From Anaerolineae bacterium (lineage in GTDB: Bacteria; Chloroflexota; Anaerolineae; Aggregatilineales; Phototrophicaceae), in the NCBI GenBank assembly GCA_046328675.1, contig JAXLWC010000001.1, positions 1 to 64,000 on the forward strand: DNA of 64,000 bases. Reading direction: 5' to 3'. Both the position numbers and the translations under genes were made by a program. The first letter of the stretch is position 1. Each line of letters begins with the position of its first letter. The notes beneath the pieces are model-generated. The model had not been told where the DNA came from, searched no databases, and saw only the letters and a program-made list of their open reading frames with translations. Below are positions 1-9,122 of the stretch, piece by piece.

Positions 1-93
1 TCGTCGGGCCGCGCATCACCAACTATGCCGAAGTCTACTGCCCGGTGATGGGATCGATGGAAGACTTCTACTTCTTCGCGGTTGCAGGCTAAA
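1..93 (+). CDS. 3' end of an upstream plus-strand gene, running in from left of the window; identity not determinable. It could be the substrate-binding protein of the following ABC transporter
   Basis: Open frame from nt 3 to a TAA at 91-93. The peptide ends ...NYAEVYCPVMGSMEDFYFFAVAG*. Position is immediately upstream of the permease genes. Confidence 0.3.
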
Positions 94-165
94 ACTATTC
101 CGATGCAAGGGGCGTTCACCAGAGCGCCCCTACAACCCATAGTGCTGATAGTTTGTTGTTGACCT

Positions 166-1176
166 ATGCTGAGATACCTGTTTCGCCGTCTGCTGCTGAT
201 CGTGATTGTGCTGGTGGGGCTGTCGATCCTCACCTTTACGATTGCGCGTATTATCCCCGCCGATCCGGTGATGCTGGCGGCAGGCCCGCGCGCCACCGAC
301 GAGCAGATACAGGCGCTGCGTGAACAGTACGGCTACGACAAACCGCTGGTCGAACAGTATCTCAACTACATGGGCGACCTGCTGCGCGGCGACCTGGGGC
401 GTTCGGTAGCGCTGCGCCGCGAAGTCGGCCCCGATCTGGCGCGCTTTTTCCCGGCGACGCTGGAGTTGGTGCTGGTGTCGATGCTGATTGCGGTGCTGCT
501 GGGCGTGCCGTTGGGCATTATCTCGGCGGTGTACCGTGACCGCCTGCCCGACCAGATTTCGCGCCTCATCAGCCTCGGCGGAGTCAGCCTGCCCAACTTC
601 TGGCTGGCGATGGTGCTCCAACTCACGGTAGCCTTCAGCGTGTCGTGGCTGCAAATCTCCGGGCGTTATGACCGCATCGCCATCCCGCCGCAAACCATCA
701 CCGGCATGTACAGCGTTGACGCACTGCTGACGCTGAACTTTGAGGCCTTCGGCATCGCGCTGTCCTACCTTTTCTTGCCCGCGTTCTGCCTCTCGCTGGG
801 GGCGCTGGCGACGATTGCCCGCACTGTGCGCGCCGATATGCTGGAAACGCTGGCCACCGATTACGTGCGTACCGCGCGTGCCATTGGCGTGCCGGAAGTG
901 GTAATCGTGCTTAAATATGCGCTGAAAAATGCTTCTTTGAATACCTTAACGCAGACCAGCCTGTTTTTTGGCTATACCCTCACAGGCTCGGTGCTGGTGG
1001 AAAATATTTTTAGCTGGCCCGGCATCGGCAACTATGCCGTGTCCGCCGCGCTGACCAAAGACTTCGTGCCGCTGGTCGGGGTGACGCTGATGACGGGCTT
1101 CGTGATTGTGGTCATCAATCTGATGACGGATTTGCTCTACGGGGTCTTTGACCCAAGGATACGTTACGCCCGATGA
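166..1176 (+). CDS. ABC transporter permease, oligopeptide/dipeptide (DppB/OppB-like) family
   Basis: 336-aa ORF with an N-terminal TM helix and the binding-protein-dependent transport signature typical of DppB-type permeases. Its stop overlaps the next start (ATGA at 1173). Confidence 0.9.
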   Translation: MLRYLFRRLLLIVIVLVGLSILTFTIARIIPADPVMLAAGPRATDEQIQALREQYGYDKPLVEQYLNYMGDLLRGDLGRSVALRREVGPDLARFFPATLELVLVSMLIAVLLGVPLGIISAVYRDRLPDQISRLISLGGVSLPNFWLAMVLQLTVAFSVSWLQISGRYDRIAIPPQTITGMYSVDALLTLNFEAFGIALSYLFLPAFCLSLGALATIARTVRADMLETLATDYVRTARAIGVPEVVIVLKYALKNASLNTLTQTSLFFGYTLTGSVLVENIFSWPGIGNYAVSAALTKDFVPLVGVTLMTGFVIVVINLMTDLLYGVFDPRIRYAR

Positions 1177-2054
1177 ATGCCACACACAGCCTCGACAGCC
1201 AGAACAATCAGGACTTTCAGCGCGCGTTGTACCGCCTGCGCCAGAGTCCGCTGTCGATGGTTGGGCTGGTGATGGTGGCCTTTATCATCACGATTGCGCT
1301 GATTGGGCAGTCGTTTGTCTCGTTCCCACAGGACGCGGGGGCGGTGACGCGCATGGATCAACGCCTCAGGCCGCCGGACGACACCTACCTGATGGGTACC
1401 GACGATGTGGGCCGCGATGTCTTCAGCCGCACGGTGATCGCCACGCAGACTTCGCTGGTGATTGGCGTGGTCGTGCTGGTGATCGCGATTGTCATCGGCC
1501 TGCCGCTGGGCGCGGTCAGCGGTTATCTCGGCGGTTGGGTGGACGAGATCATCATGCGCATCACAGATGTGTTCATGACCGTTCCGGCGCTGCTGCTGGC
1601 GATGGCTGTGTCGGCGGCGCTCGGTGCCGGGATGGTCAACGCCATGATCGCCATTGCGCTGGTGTGGTGGCCCGGCTACACGCGGCTGGTGCGCGGGCAG
1701 GTGCTGGCGCTGCGCGAACTGGACTTCATCGAAGCGGGGCGCGCGCTCGGTGCAAACCGCTGGCGTATCATCGCCAAACATGTGATTCCCAACGTCATGT
1801 CGTCGATCATCATCAAGGCCTCGCTCGATATGGGCTTCGCCATTCTGGTCACGGCAGGGTTGGGTTACATCGGCGTCGGCGTGCAGGCTCCCACACCAGA
1901 GTGGGGCGTGATGATCAGCGAGGGACGCAGCTTCCTGCGCGATGCGTGGTGGCTGTCCGTGTTTCCGGGGCTGGCGATGTTTATCACGGTGCTGGGCTTT
2001 AACCTGCTGGGCGACGGCCTGCGTGACATCTTTGACCCGAAGGCGAGGAACTAA
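1173..2054 (+). CDS. ABC transporter permease, DppC/OppC-like
   Basis: 293-aa ORF with a conserved N-terminal segment and multi-TM core typical of DppC/OppC permeases. Translationally coupled to the upstream permease. Confidence 0.9.
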   Translation: MNATHSLDSQNNQDFQRALYRLRQSPLSMVGLVMVAFIITIALIGQSFVSFPQDAGAVTRMDQRLRPPDDTYLMGTDDVGRDVFSRTVIATQTSLVIGVVVLVIAIVIGLPLGAVSGYLGGWVDEIIMRITDVFMTVPALLLAMAVSAALGAGMVNAMIAIALVWWPGYTRLVRGQVLALRELDFIEAGRALGANRWRIIAKHVIPNVMSSIIIKASLDMGFAILVTAGLGYIGVGVQAPTPEWGVMISEGRSFLRDAWWLSVFPGLAMFITVLGFNLLGDGLRDIFDPKARN

Positions 2055-2186
2055 GTTGAAAGCAATGAGCAACGAGCAATGAGTAAAAGCCAGCGTTTGC
2101 ACTCAACAGTATTTTCAAGCGCAGAATATCTTCGCTCGCCTGCGCCCCTGATGGACTGCTGTTCACTCGTGAGTGAGGCTGCTTAA

Positions 2187-3209
2187 ATGGCGAAGTCACT
2201 GGTGCAGATCAAGGATTTACATCTGCGCTTCTCGTCGTTTGAGGGCGTGTCGCATGTGCTGGATGGCGTGAACCTCAACATCAATCGCGGCGAGATTCTC
2301 GGTATCGTCGGCGAAACGGGCAGCGGCAAAACCCTGACGGCCATGAGCATCCCGTCGCTGATTCCGCGCGGCACGGTGAACGGCGAAGTGTGGTTTGACG
2401 GCGAAAATGTGCTCAACAAACGCGGGCGTGACCTGCAAAAGTTCCGTGCCAAACGCATCGGCGTCGTCTTCCAGGACCCGACGACCAACCTCAACCCCGT
2501 GTTCACCATCGGCGAACTGCTGATTGACGCCGTGCTGACGCAGCGTACCGACATCGCCGCCTGGAAGCTGCTGCCCATCGGCAAATGGTTCAGCGGCAGG
2601 GAGCGCGCCGCCGCCCGCCGCCACGCCATCGAACTGCTGACTTACGTAGGTATCCCCGACGCGGCACAGCGTTTGCACCACTATCCCCACCAATTCTCCG
2701 GCGGGCAAAAGCAGCGCATCCTGATTGCGATGGCGCTGGCTGGCGAACCCGATCTGCTGATTGCCGATGAACCGACGACGGCGCTGGACGTGGCGATACA
2801 GGCGCAAATCCTGCGGCTGATCGAAAAGATTGTCAGCGAACGGCGCGTGGCGGTGGTGCTGATTACCCACGACATGGGCGTGATTGCCAGGGTCTGCCAG
2901 CGTGTTGCCGTGATGTATGGCGGCGTGGTGGTCGAAGAAGGCTCGATTGCCGAAATCTTCGAGAACCCCAAGCACCCCTACACGCGCGGCCTGCTTAACG
3001 CCATTCCAACGCATGACATCCAGCAGGGCACGCTCGAAGGCATTCCCGGCGCGCCGCCCAGCTTCCTCAATCCGCCGACAGGCTGCCGCTTTCACCCACG
3101 CTGTCCCGAACGCATGAAACACTGCCATCTGCACCCGCCCGCCAATGCCCTTGTCGGACAGGAGCACACGGCGGCCTGTTATCTGTATACCAACGAGAGG
3201 CGACCATGA
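2187..3209 (+). CDS. ABC transporter ATP-binding protein, DppD/OppD-like
   Basis: Walker A GETGSGKT, ABC signature FSGGQKQR, Walker B LLIADEPTTALD, and the C-terminal oligopeptide-ATPase extension (CRFHPRCP). Confidence 0.9.
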   Translation: MAKSLVQIKDLHLRFSSFEGVSHVLDGVNLNINRGEILGIVGETGSGKTLTAMSIPSLIPRGTVNGEVWFDGENVLNKRGRDLQKFRAKRIGVVFQDPTTNLNPVFTIGELLIDAVLTQRTDIAAWKLLPIGKWFSGRERAAARRHAIELLTYVGIPDAAQRLHHYPHQFSGGQKQRILIAMALAGEPDLLIADEPTTALDVAIQAQILRLIEKIVSERRVAVVLITHDMGVIARVCQRVAVMYGGVVVEEGSIAEIFENPKHPYTRGLLNAIPTHDIQQGTLEGIPGAPPSFLNPPTGCRFHPRCPERMKHCHLHPPANALVGQEHTAACYLYTNERRP

Positions 3210-6200
3210 CGCAACCGCTGCTGCAAGTGCGTGGTCTGAAACTGTATTTCCCGGTCAAGGGCGGCCTGCTGCGCCGCACGACAGGTTATGTCAAAGCGGT
3301 GGACAGCATCGACCTCGACATCCTGCCGGGGGAAGTCGTCGGGCTGGCAGGGGAGTCGGGTTCAGGCAAGACCACCGTTGGGCGCGCGATTCTACGGCTG
3401 ATCGAACCCACTGCCGGACAGGTGTTGTTCAACGGGCAGGACTTGGCCGCGCTGGACGAACGCAGCCTGCGCCGCACGCGTGAACAAATGCAGATTGTGT
3501 TCCAGAATCCCTACTCAGCGCTCGACCCGCGTATGACGGTGCGCGATTTGATTATGGAGCCGCTGGACGTGCATGATGTGGGTGAGCCGACGCTGCGCGA
3601 ACGGCGCGTGCGCGAACTGGCGAAACTCGTCGGCCTCAGCCTCGATACGCTGGATCGTTATCCGCACGAGTTTTCCGGCGGGCAGCGGCAGCGCATTGGC
3701 ATCGCCCGCGCGCTGGCCCTCAACCCGCAGCTTCTGATTCTCGACGAACCCACCTCAGCGCTGGATGTCTCGGTACAGGCGACGATTCTCAATCTGCTGC
3801 TGAAGCTGCGCGACGAATTGAACCTGAGCTACCTGTTCATCTCGCATGACCTGAGCGTGCTGCGCTACATCTGTGACCGCATCGGCGTCATGTACCTGGG
3901 CCGCATCGTAGAGCTTGCCACGACCAACGAGATTTTCGAGCGTCCACAGCATCCCTACACGATTTCGCTGCTGTCCGCCGCGCCCAAGCCCGCCCTGGAG
4001 CAGAACGCCGATGAAATCATCCTCGAAGGCGAAGTCAGCCAGCAGGCCATCGGCAAAGGCTGCCGCTTCAATCCACGCTGCCCCGCCGCGCAAATCGAAC
4101 TCTGTACCGAAATCGAGCCGACGCTGGACGAGGTATGGCCCGGACACCGCGCCGCCTGCCATCTGGCGCTGGAAGGCCTGCCGCTGAATATTCAAGCGGG
4201 GGTAACGCCAAAGCAAAACGCAGAGAGTTTGAACCGCCGGGACGCCGAGAATGGAGGGGCACAGCGCGCTGTGCCTTTGCAACCGACAGCGCCGTCACAA
4301 TCGCAGAGCCAGTCTACACAGGCACAAAAAGCTATGACAATCACAAGCAAACCCATGAGCGGATACCGCATCGCCACTGACATCGGCGGCACTTTCACCG
4401 ATATGGTCTATCTGGATGAGCGCACCGGACAGGTAAAGGTCACCAAAGCCAGCACCACGCCGCACAACTTCGCCCAGGGCGTGCTCGATACGCTGGACAA
4501 GGCGCAGGATTTGAACACGGCGCAGACTTCGTTTTTTGTGCATGGTACAACGGTGGTCATTAACGCGCTCACCGAGCGTAAGGGCGTGAAAACCGGACTG
4601 ATTACCACCAAAGGCTTCCGCGATGTGCTGGAAATCGGGCGTTCCAATCGTCCCGACCTCTACAACATGTACTATCAAAAGCCTGTGCCTTTCGTGCCGC
4701 GTCATCTGCGTTATGAGGTAACCGAACGCGTGAACTACAAAGGCGAAGTGCTGGAAGCGCTGAACGTGAACGAACTGCGCGACGCCGTGCGCCAGTTGGT
4801 CAGCGAAGGGGTAGCCAGCATCGCCGTGTGTTTCCTGCATTCCTACGCCAACCCCGAACACGAAATGCTGGCCGGGCGTGTCCTCCGCGAGGTCGCGCCG
4901 CACATTCCGTTCACGCTGTCGCATGACGTGACGCAGGAATGGCGCGAATTTGAGCGTACCAGCACTGCCGTACTCAACAGCTACGTGCTGCCCACCGCGC
5001 GCGCCTATCTCGAAAATCTGGAACAAAACCTGACGACGCGCAAACGCATGGGCGATGTGCTGCACATCATGCAGTCCAACGGTGGCAGCGCGACCTTTGA
5101 CATGGGCAAACAAACGCCGATTAACCTTGTCGAGTCGGGGCCTGTCGCGGGCGTGATTGGCGCGGCGCGTGTCGGGGAACTCATCGGCGAACACAACATC
5201 ATCGCCTTTGATGTGGGCGGGACAACGGCCAAAACCTCGCTGGTGGAACACGGCAAGCCGAAGATCACGACGGAATATAAAATTGAACTCACACGCGAAA
5301 CGGCGGGTTATCCCATTCTCGCGCCAACAGTGGACATTGTCGAAATCGGTTCGGGCGGCGGCTCGATTGCCCATGTCGATGGGGCAGGCGCGCTGAAAGT
5401 CGGGCCGGTGAGCGCGGGCGCGGTGCCGGGGCCAGCCTGTTACGACAAGGGCGGCACGCAGCCAACGGTAACAGACGCCAACCTGCTCACCGGACGCCTC
5501 AATCCTGATTATTTCCTCGGCGGCGAACTGAAAGTGAACGTCAAGCGCGCGGTAGAAGCCATGACGCCCATCGCGCAGCACTTCAACATGAGCATCGAAG
5601 AAGCCGCGCTCGGCGTGGTGCGTATCTCGGACTTCGGCAAAATCAACGCGATCAAGCTGATTTCTGTGCGGCGTGGTTATGACCCGCGCGACTTCGTGGT
5701 GGTGGCCTTTGGCGGCGGCGGCCCCATGCACGCGGCGGCCATGATGCGTGACCTGCGCTGCAAAAAAGTCGTCATCCCCACGCATCCCGGCGTGTTCTCG
5801 GCGTTCGGAATGCTGATGACCGACCTGCGCATCGACTATATCCGCACACTCATCAGCCGTACCGACCAGATTGACATCACGCGCTTCAATCAGATTTACG
5901 AGGAAATGGAACAGCAGGCACGCGCGCGGCTGAGCGAAGAAAACGTAGCCGCCGCCAACATTCAGGTGCAGCGCTACGCCGACATGCGCTATCACGGGCA
6001 GGAACACACGGTCAAGGTGCCGCTGCCCGCTGGCAAGGTGACGCAGGAAGCGCTGGCACGCATCAACGACTCGTTCCATGACCTGCACGAGCAAGCCTAT
6101 ACCTTCCGCCTCAACACCAGCATCGAACTGGTGAACTATCACCTGACGGCTATTGGGCTGGTGGCCAAAGCCGAAATCGGTACGGTGAGCAATCAGGGCA

Positions 6201-6442
6201 CAGGCTTGGCACGCGCCAAAAAAGGCACGCGGCAGGTGTTGTTTGAAGACTTCGGCAAGGTCAACACCACCATTTATGAGCGTGAATACCTGCCCGTCGA
6301 TAAAATCATCGAGGGTCCCGTCATCATCGAGGAACCAGCCTCCGTAACGGTGGTGTATCCCGACCAGCAGGTGTACCGCGACAAGTACGGCTTCCTGCAC
6401 ATCGAGATGCAGAACAAGAAGTCGCGCTTTGGGCTTGGATAA
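3206..6442 (+). CDS. hyuA: One continuous ORF: N-terminal DppF/OppF-like ABC ATPase (about aa 1-325) in frame with hydantoinase/oxoprolinase subunit A (HyuA, about aa 376-1078), joined by a Q/S/P-rich linker with no intervening stop
   Basis: Start overlaps the dppD stop (ATGA). Walker A GESGSGKTT, signature FSGGQRQR, Walker B LLILDEPTSALD, and an OppF-type C-terminus (CRFNPRCP...ACHL). After the linker PTAPSQSQSQSTQAQKAM comes the typical HyuA N-terminus (YRIATDIGGTFTDMVYLDE...) and full-length homology to N-methylhydantoinase A / 5-oxoprolinase A. Internal ATGs at 4333 and 4357 could alternatively start hyuA. Confidence 0.75.
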   Translation: MTQPLLQVRGLKLYFPVKGGLLRRTTGYVKAVDSIDLDILPGEVVGLAGESGSGKTTVGRAILRLIEPTAGQVLFNGQDLAALDERSLRRTREQMQIVFQNPYSALDPRMTVRDLIMEPLDVHDVGEPTLRERRVRELAKLVGLSLDTLDRYPHEFSGGQRQRIGIARALALNPQLLILDEPTSALDVSVQATILNLLLKLRDELNLSYLFISHDLSVLRYICDRIGVMYLGRIVELATTNEIFERPQHPYTISLLSAAPKPALEQNADEIILEGEVSQQAIGKGCRFNPRCPAAQIELCTEIEPTLDEVWPGHRAACHLALEGLPLNIQAGVTPKQNAESLNRRDAENGGAQRAVPLQPTAPSQSQSQSTQAQKAMTITSKPMSGYRIATDIGGTFTDMVYLDERTGQVKVTKASTTPHNFAQGVLDTLDKAQDLNTAQTSFFVHGTTVVINALTERKGVKTGLITTKGFRDVLEIGRSNRPDLYNMYYQKPVPFVPRHLRYEVTERVNYKGEVLEALNVNELRDAVRQLVSEGVASIAVCFLHSYANPEHEMLAGRVLREVAPHIPFTLSHDVTQEWREFERTSTAVLNSYVLPTARAYLENLEQNLTTRKRMGDVLHIMQSNGGSATFDMGKQTPINLVESGPVAGVIGAARVGELIGEHNIIAFDVGGTTAKTSLVEHGKPKITTEYKIELTRETAGYPILAPTVDIVEIGSGGGSIAHVDGAGALKVGPVSAGAVPGPACYDKGGTQPTVTDANLLTGRLNPDYFLGGELKVNVKRAVEAMTPIAQHFNMSIEEAALGVVRISDFGKINAIKLISVRRGYDPRDFVVVAFGGGGPMHAAAMMRDLRCKKVVIPTHPGVFSAFGMLMTDLRIDYIRTLISRTDQIDITRFNQIYEEMEQQARARLSEENVAAANIQVQRYADMRYHGQEHTVKVPLPAGKVTQEALARINDSFHDLHEQAYTFRLNTSIELVNYHLTAIGLVAKAEIGTVSNQGTGLARAKKGTRQVLFEDFGKVNTTIYEREYLPVDKIIEGPVIIEEPASVTVVYPDQQVYRDKYGFLHIEMQNKKSRFGLG

Positions 6443-6757
6443 TCTGAACCACTGAAACGCCGATAAATACAGCATTGAGCGTAATTGGGTAGTGTGGGGA
6501 TGAAATTGATCGAGCGACGCTATTTTGATTGCTAAAGAGAAATGGCCCAGGGTAATGCTACATGGATGCGAAAGTGTTTGGGCTACGGCAAATGGCGCGG
6601 CAGCCTGGCTGAATCAGATTTTTCGGGGGAATACAAACTTACTGATGAGGAAAAACCGAACTCTTTCAGATGCTGATGAATAACCTCCGATACAATGATT
6701 TGATGAATGAATGCCGCGATGATTTACAAGACTGATAAACTCCGAGGGAAATAACCC

Positions 6758-8788
6758 ATGACACTCAACCGCACACGCCCACCCGCGCTCAGCAAGCCAG
6801 CCGTTGACCCCTTCACGCTGGAAATCATCAAGGACTCGCTGATTGCCATCGGCGACGAGATGTTTATCGCCATGCAGCGCACCAGCATGAGCACCATCAT
6901 CTACGAGGTGCTGGACTTCGCGCTGGGCCTGCTGGACGCCAACGGCAACCTCATCACGCAGGGCAACGGCGTCACCGGCTTCCTCGGCACACTGACGGCG
7001 GCGGCGCGTTCGGTGATCGAGAAGTTCAGCGGCAATCTCGCGCCCGGCGACATCATCATCACCAACGACCCCTACAGCGGCGGCGGCACACACCTGTCTG
7101 ACGTGACGCTGGCCATGCCCATCTTCTACAAGGGGCGCTTGGTGGCCTTTGCCGCGAACAAGGCCCACTGGACGGAAGTCGGCGGCATGTCGCCCGGCAG
7201 TTGGACGACAGTCTCCACTGACATCTGGCAGGAAGGCTTGCAGTTCCCCTGTATCAAGCTGTTCATCAAAGGCGAGATCGTGCCGGGGCTGGAGGATTTG
7301 ATTCGCGCCAACGTGCGCACGCCGGACATGAGCATCGGCGACATGAACGCGCAGGCCGCCTCGCTGCGCATCGCTGAACGCCGCTTCATCGAATTGTGTG
7401 AACGCTACGGCGTGGAAACGGTGCTGCACGGCATCGACTTCCTCATGGACTATGGCGAAGAAATGACGCGCAAAGGGCTGGCGAAAATCCCCAAAGGCGT
7501 CTACGAGGCGGTGGACTGGATTGACGACGACGGCGTGGGCAACGGCCCCTTCGAGATGAAAGTCAAAGTCACGGTCACCGACGAGAAGTTTATCTGCGAC
7601 TTCACAGGCTCCATTGGCATGGTGCCGGGGCCGATTAACAGTGGACGCACAGGCTTGGAATCGGCGGTGCGTGTGGTGTTCAAGGCGCTGACCGACCCGC
7701 AGATTCCGGCCAACGAAGGCTGCTTCCGCCCGCTGGAACTGATTTGTCCTGAAGGCACCATCGCGACGGCGGTACGCCCCGCGCCCGTTTCGACCTATTG
7801 GGAAACGATGGACTTCGCGGCGGACTTAGTGTGGAAAGCGCTGGCGCCTGCGGTGCCCAACCGTCTGCCCGCCGGGCACTTCCTCAGCGTGTGCGGCACG
7901 ATTGTCTCCGGCAAGCACCCCGACACGGGCGAACTGTTCATCCTCGTTGAGCCGCAGGTCGGCGGCTGGGGCGCGGGTGCCACGCGTGACGGCGTGAACG
8001 CGCTGTTCTGCATCGGCGACGGCGAAACCTATGTCATCCCGGTGGAAGTGTGTGAACAGCGTTACGGCGTGCTGGTTGACCAGTTCGCGCTTAACATCGC
8101 CGACGGTGGGGCAGGGCGCTATCGCGGTGGGCGCGGCGTCATTCGCGATTACCGCATCACCTCTGACGAGGCGTTTATCACAGGCACATTCGGGCGCTTC
8201 AAGTTCTATCCCTGGGGCATGAAGGGCGGCGCGGAAGGTTCACCGAATTACATGGAAATGCTGCGCGCGGACTGCACCAGTGAAATCTTCGGCAAGACGG
8301 CGCAGTATCGGCTGAAGCGCGGCGAGGTGGCCCGCATGGCAACAGGCACAGGCGGCGGCTACGGCGACCCCTACAAGCGCCCGGAGGAAGAAATCGTGCA
8401 GGATGTGCGCGACGGTTACATCACCGCTGAAATGGCCGAACGTGATTATGGCATCAGCGTCGATACGCACACCTGGACGGCGCGCAATGTCCGCAGCCGC
8501 AGCCGCAGCGAAATGCCCGCCGCCAGCCGTGAGGTGCGTGCGTCAGACAAGACCGAGGCTGTGCTGAACATTCTGCGCGGGCAAACGTCGGCGCAGGCCG
8601 TCGCGCTGCGTTTCGGCGTGGAGCGTGCCGAGGTGGAACGCTGGCTGGACGGTTTCCTCAAAGCCGGGGAGAGCGCTGTACGCGGCGGTGGCGGCAGTGA
8701 TGGCGAAGTCCACGAACTGCGCGCGATGGTGCGCGACCTGGCAGACCAGCTTTCCAGCTTGCAGCGTTCAATGCGTGACCGGCGCTGA
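6758..8788 (+). CDS. hyuB: Hydantoinase B / 5-oxoprolinase subunit B (HyuB) with an extra C-terminal ~100-aa extension resembling the IS3-family OrfA helix-turn-helix plus leucine zipper
   Basis: Full-length HyuB homology (MTLNRTRPP...DPFTLEIIKDSLIAIGDEMF...) up to about nt 8480. The tail ...TEAVLNILRGQTSAQAVALRFGVERAEVERWLDGFLKAGESAV...ELRAMVRDLADQLSSLQRS matches the Transposase_8 (IS3 OrfA) pattern. Confidence 0.85.
   Translation: MTLNRTRPPALSKPAVDPFTLEIIKDSLIAIGDEMFIAMQRTSMSTIIYEVLDFALGLLDANGNLITQGNGVTGFLGTLTAAARSVIEKFSGNLAPGDIIITNDPYSGGGTHLSDVTLAMPIFYKGRLVAFAANKAHWTEVGGMSPGSWTTVSTDIWQEGLQFPCIKLFIKGEIVPGLEDLIRANVRTPDMSIGDMNAQAASLRIAERRFIELCERYGVETVLHGIDFLMDYGEEMTRKGLAKIPKGVYEAVDWIDDDGVGNGPFEMKVKVTVTDEKFICDFTGSIGMVPGPINSGRTGLESAVRVVFKALTDPQIPANEGCFRPLELICPEGTIATAVRPAPVSTYWETMDFAADLVWKALAPAVPNRLPAGHFLSVCGTIVSGKHPDTGELFILVEPQVGGWGAGATRDGVNALFCIGDGETYVIPVEVCEQRYGVLVDQFALNIADGGAGRYRGGRGVIRDYRITSDEAFITGTFGRFKFYPWGMKGGAEGSPNYMEMLRADCTSEIFGKTAQYRLKRGEVARMATGTGGGYGDPYKRPEEEIVQDVRDGYITAEMAERDYGISVDTHTWTARNVRSRSRSEMPAASREVRASDKTEAVLNILRGQTSAQAVALRFGVERAEVERWLDGFLKAGESAVRGGGGSDGEVHELRAMVRDLADQLSSLQRSMRDRR
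8490..8788 (+). mobile_element. Remnant of an IS3-family OrfA (HTH plus leucine zipper only) fused in frame to the hyuB 3' end. No OrfB/DDE transposase or terminal inverted repeats are present
   Basis: Sequence similarity of the translated tail to IS3/IS2 OrfA N-termini. HyuB's own last ~15 residues appear replaced. Confidence 0.45.
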
Positions 8789-8880
8789 GAATGTTATGGC
8801 AAAAGAGCAAACTACACTTGTGCAGAAGTCGGACAATTGTAGGGGGCAACCCGGGTGTTGTCCCGTCTTGTGTTGGCATC

Positions 8881-9098
8881 GACTAACAGCTAAGAGCGTG
8901 GTTGAGAAATGTAATTCTACATAATGCACCCCTCTCCAAACCTCTCCCCGCCAGCGGAGAGAGGCTTAAAAACGGCAAACAACGCGCCTTTCTCCCCCTT
9001 TCTCTGCTTGCGGGGAAAGGGGGCGGGGGGATAGGGGTTAATTTCTAGCGTGACATTTCTTATCCAAAACACGCGCTAACAGCTAATCGCTAATCGCT
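8881..9098. repeat. Structured intergenic repeat cluster: two copies of the 13-mer ACTAACAGCTAAG/T, two GA/TC-rich hairpins, and tandem heptamers (TAATCGC x2)
   Basis: GACTAACAGCTAA at 8881-8893 and CTAACAGCTAATCGCTAATCGC at 9076-9097. Hairpin CCTCTCC...GGAGAGAGG at about 8941-8964. Hairpin CCCCCTTTC-12nt-GAAAGGGGG at about 8990-9024. The same motifs recur at 20295-20467. Confidence 0.55.
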
Positions 9099-9122
9099 GT
9101 TCCGAAGAACAAGGAAGACATT

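Noticed and set aside
2055-2186. 132-bp gap inside the dpp operon with the short direct repeat CAATGAGCAACGAGCAATGAG
   Set aside because: It is too short and low-complexity to interpret. There is no hairpin or promoter-like hexamers with convincing spacing.
1164-3167. Long minus-strand ORFs (312 aa and 316 aa) antisense to the ABC transporter genes
   Set aside because: They lie antisense to genes with unmistakable ABC motifs, have no homology features, and show antisense-frame composition bias.
4295-6475. 726-aa ORF on the minus strand
   Set aside because: It lies completely antisense to the well-supported hyuA reading frame. It is Arg/His/Gly-rich with no recognisable motifs, which is the typical shadow ORF of high-GC DNA.
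8440-9122. Calling a complete IS3-family insertion sequence
   Set aside because: Only the OrfA-like HTH/leucine-zipper segment is present. There is no OrfB/DDE transposase, no -1 frameshift motif with a downstream integrase frame, and no terminal inverted repeats. It is reported as a remnant only.
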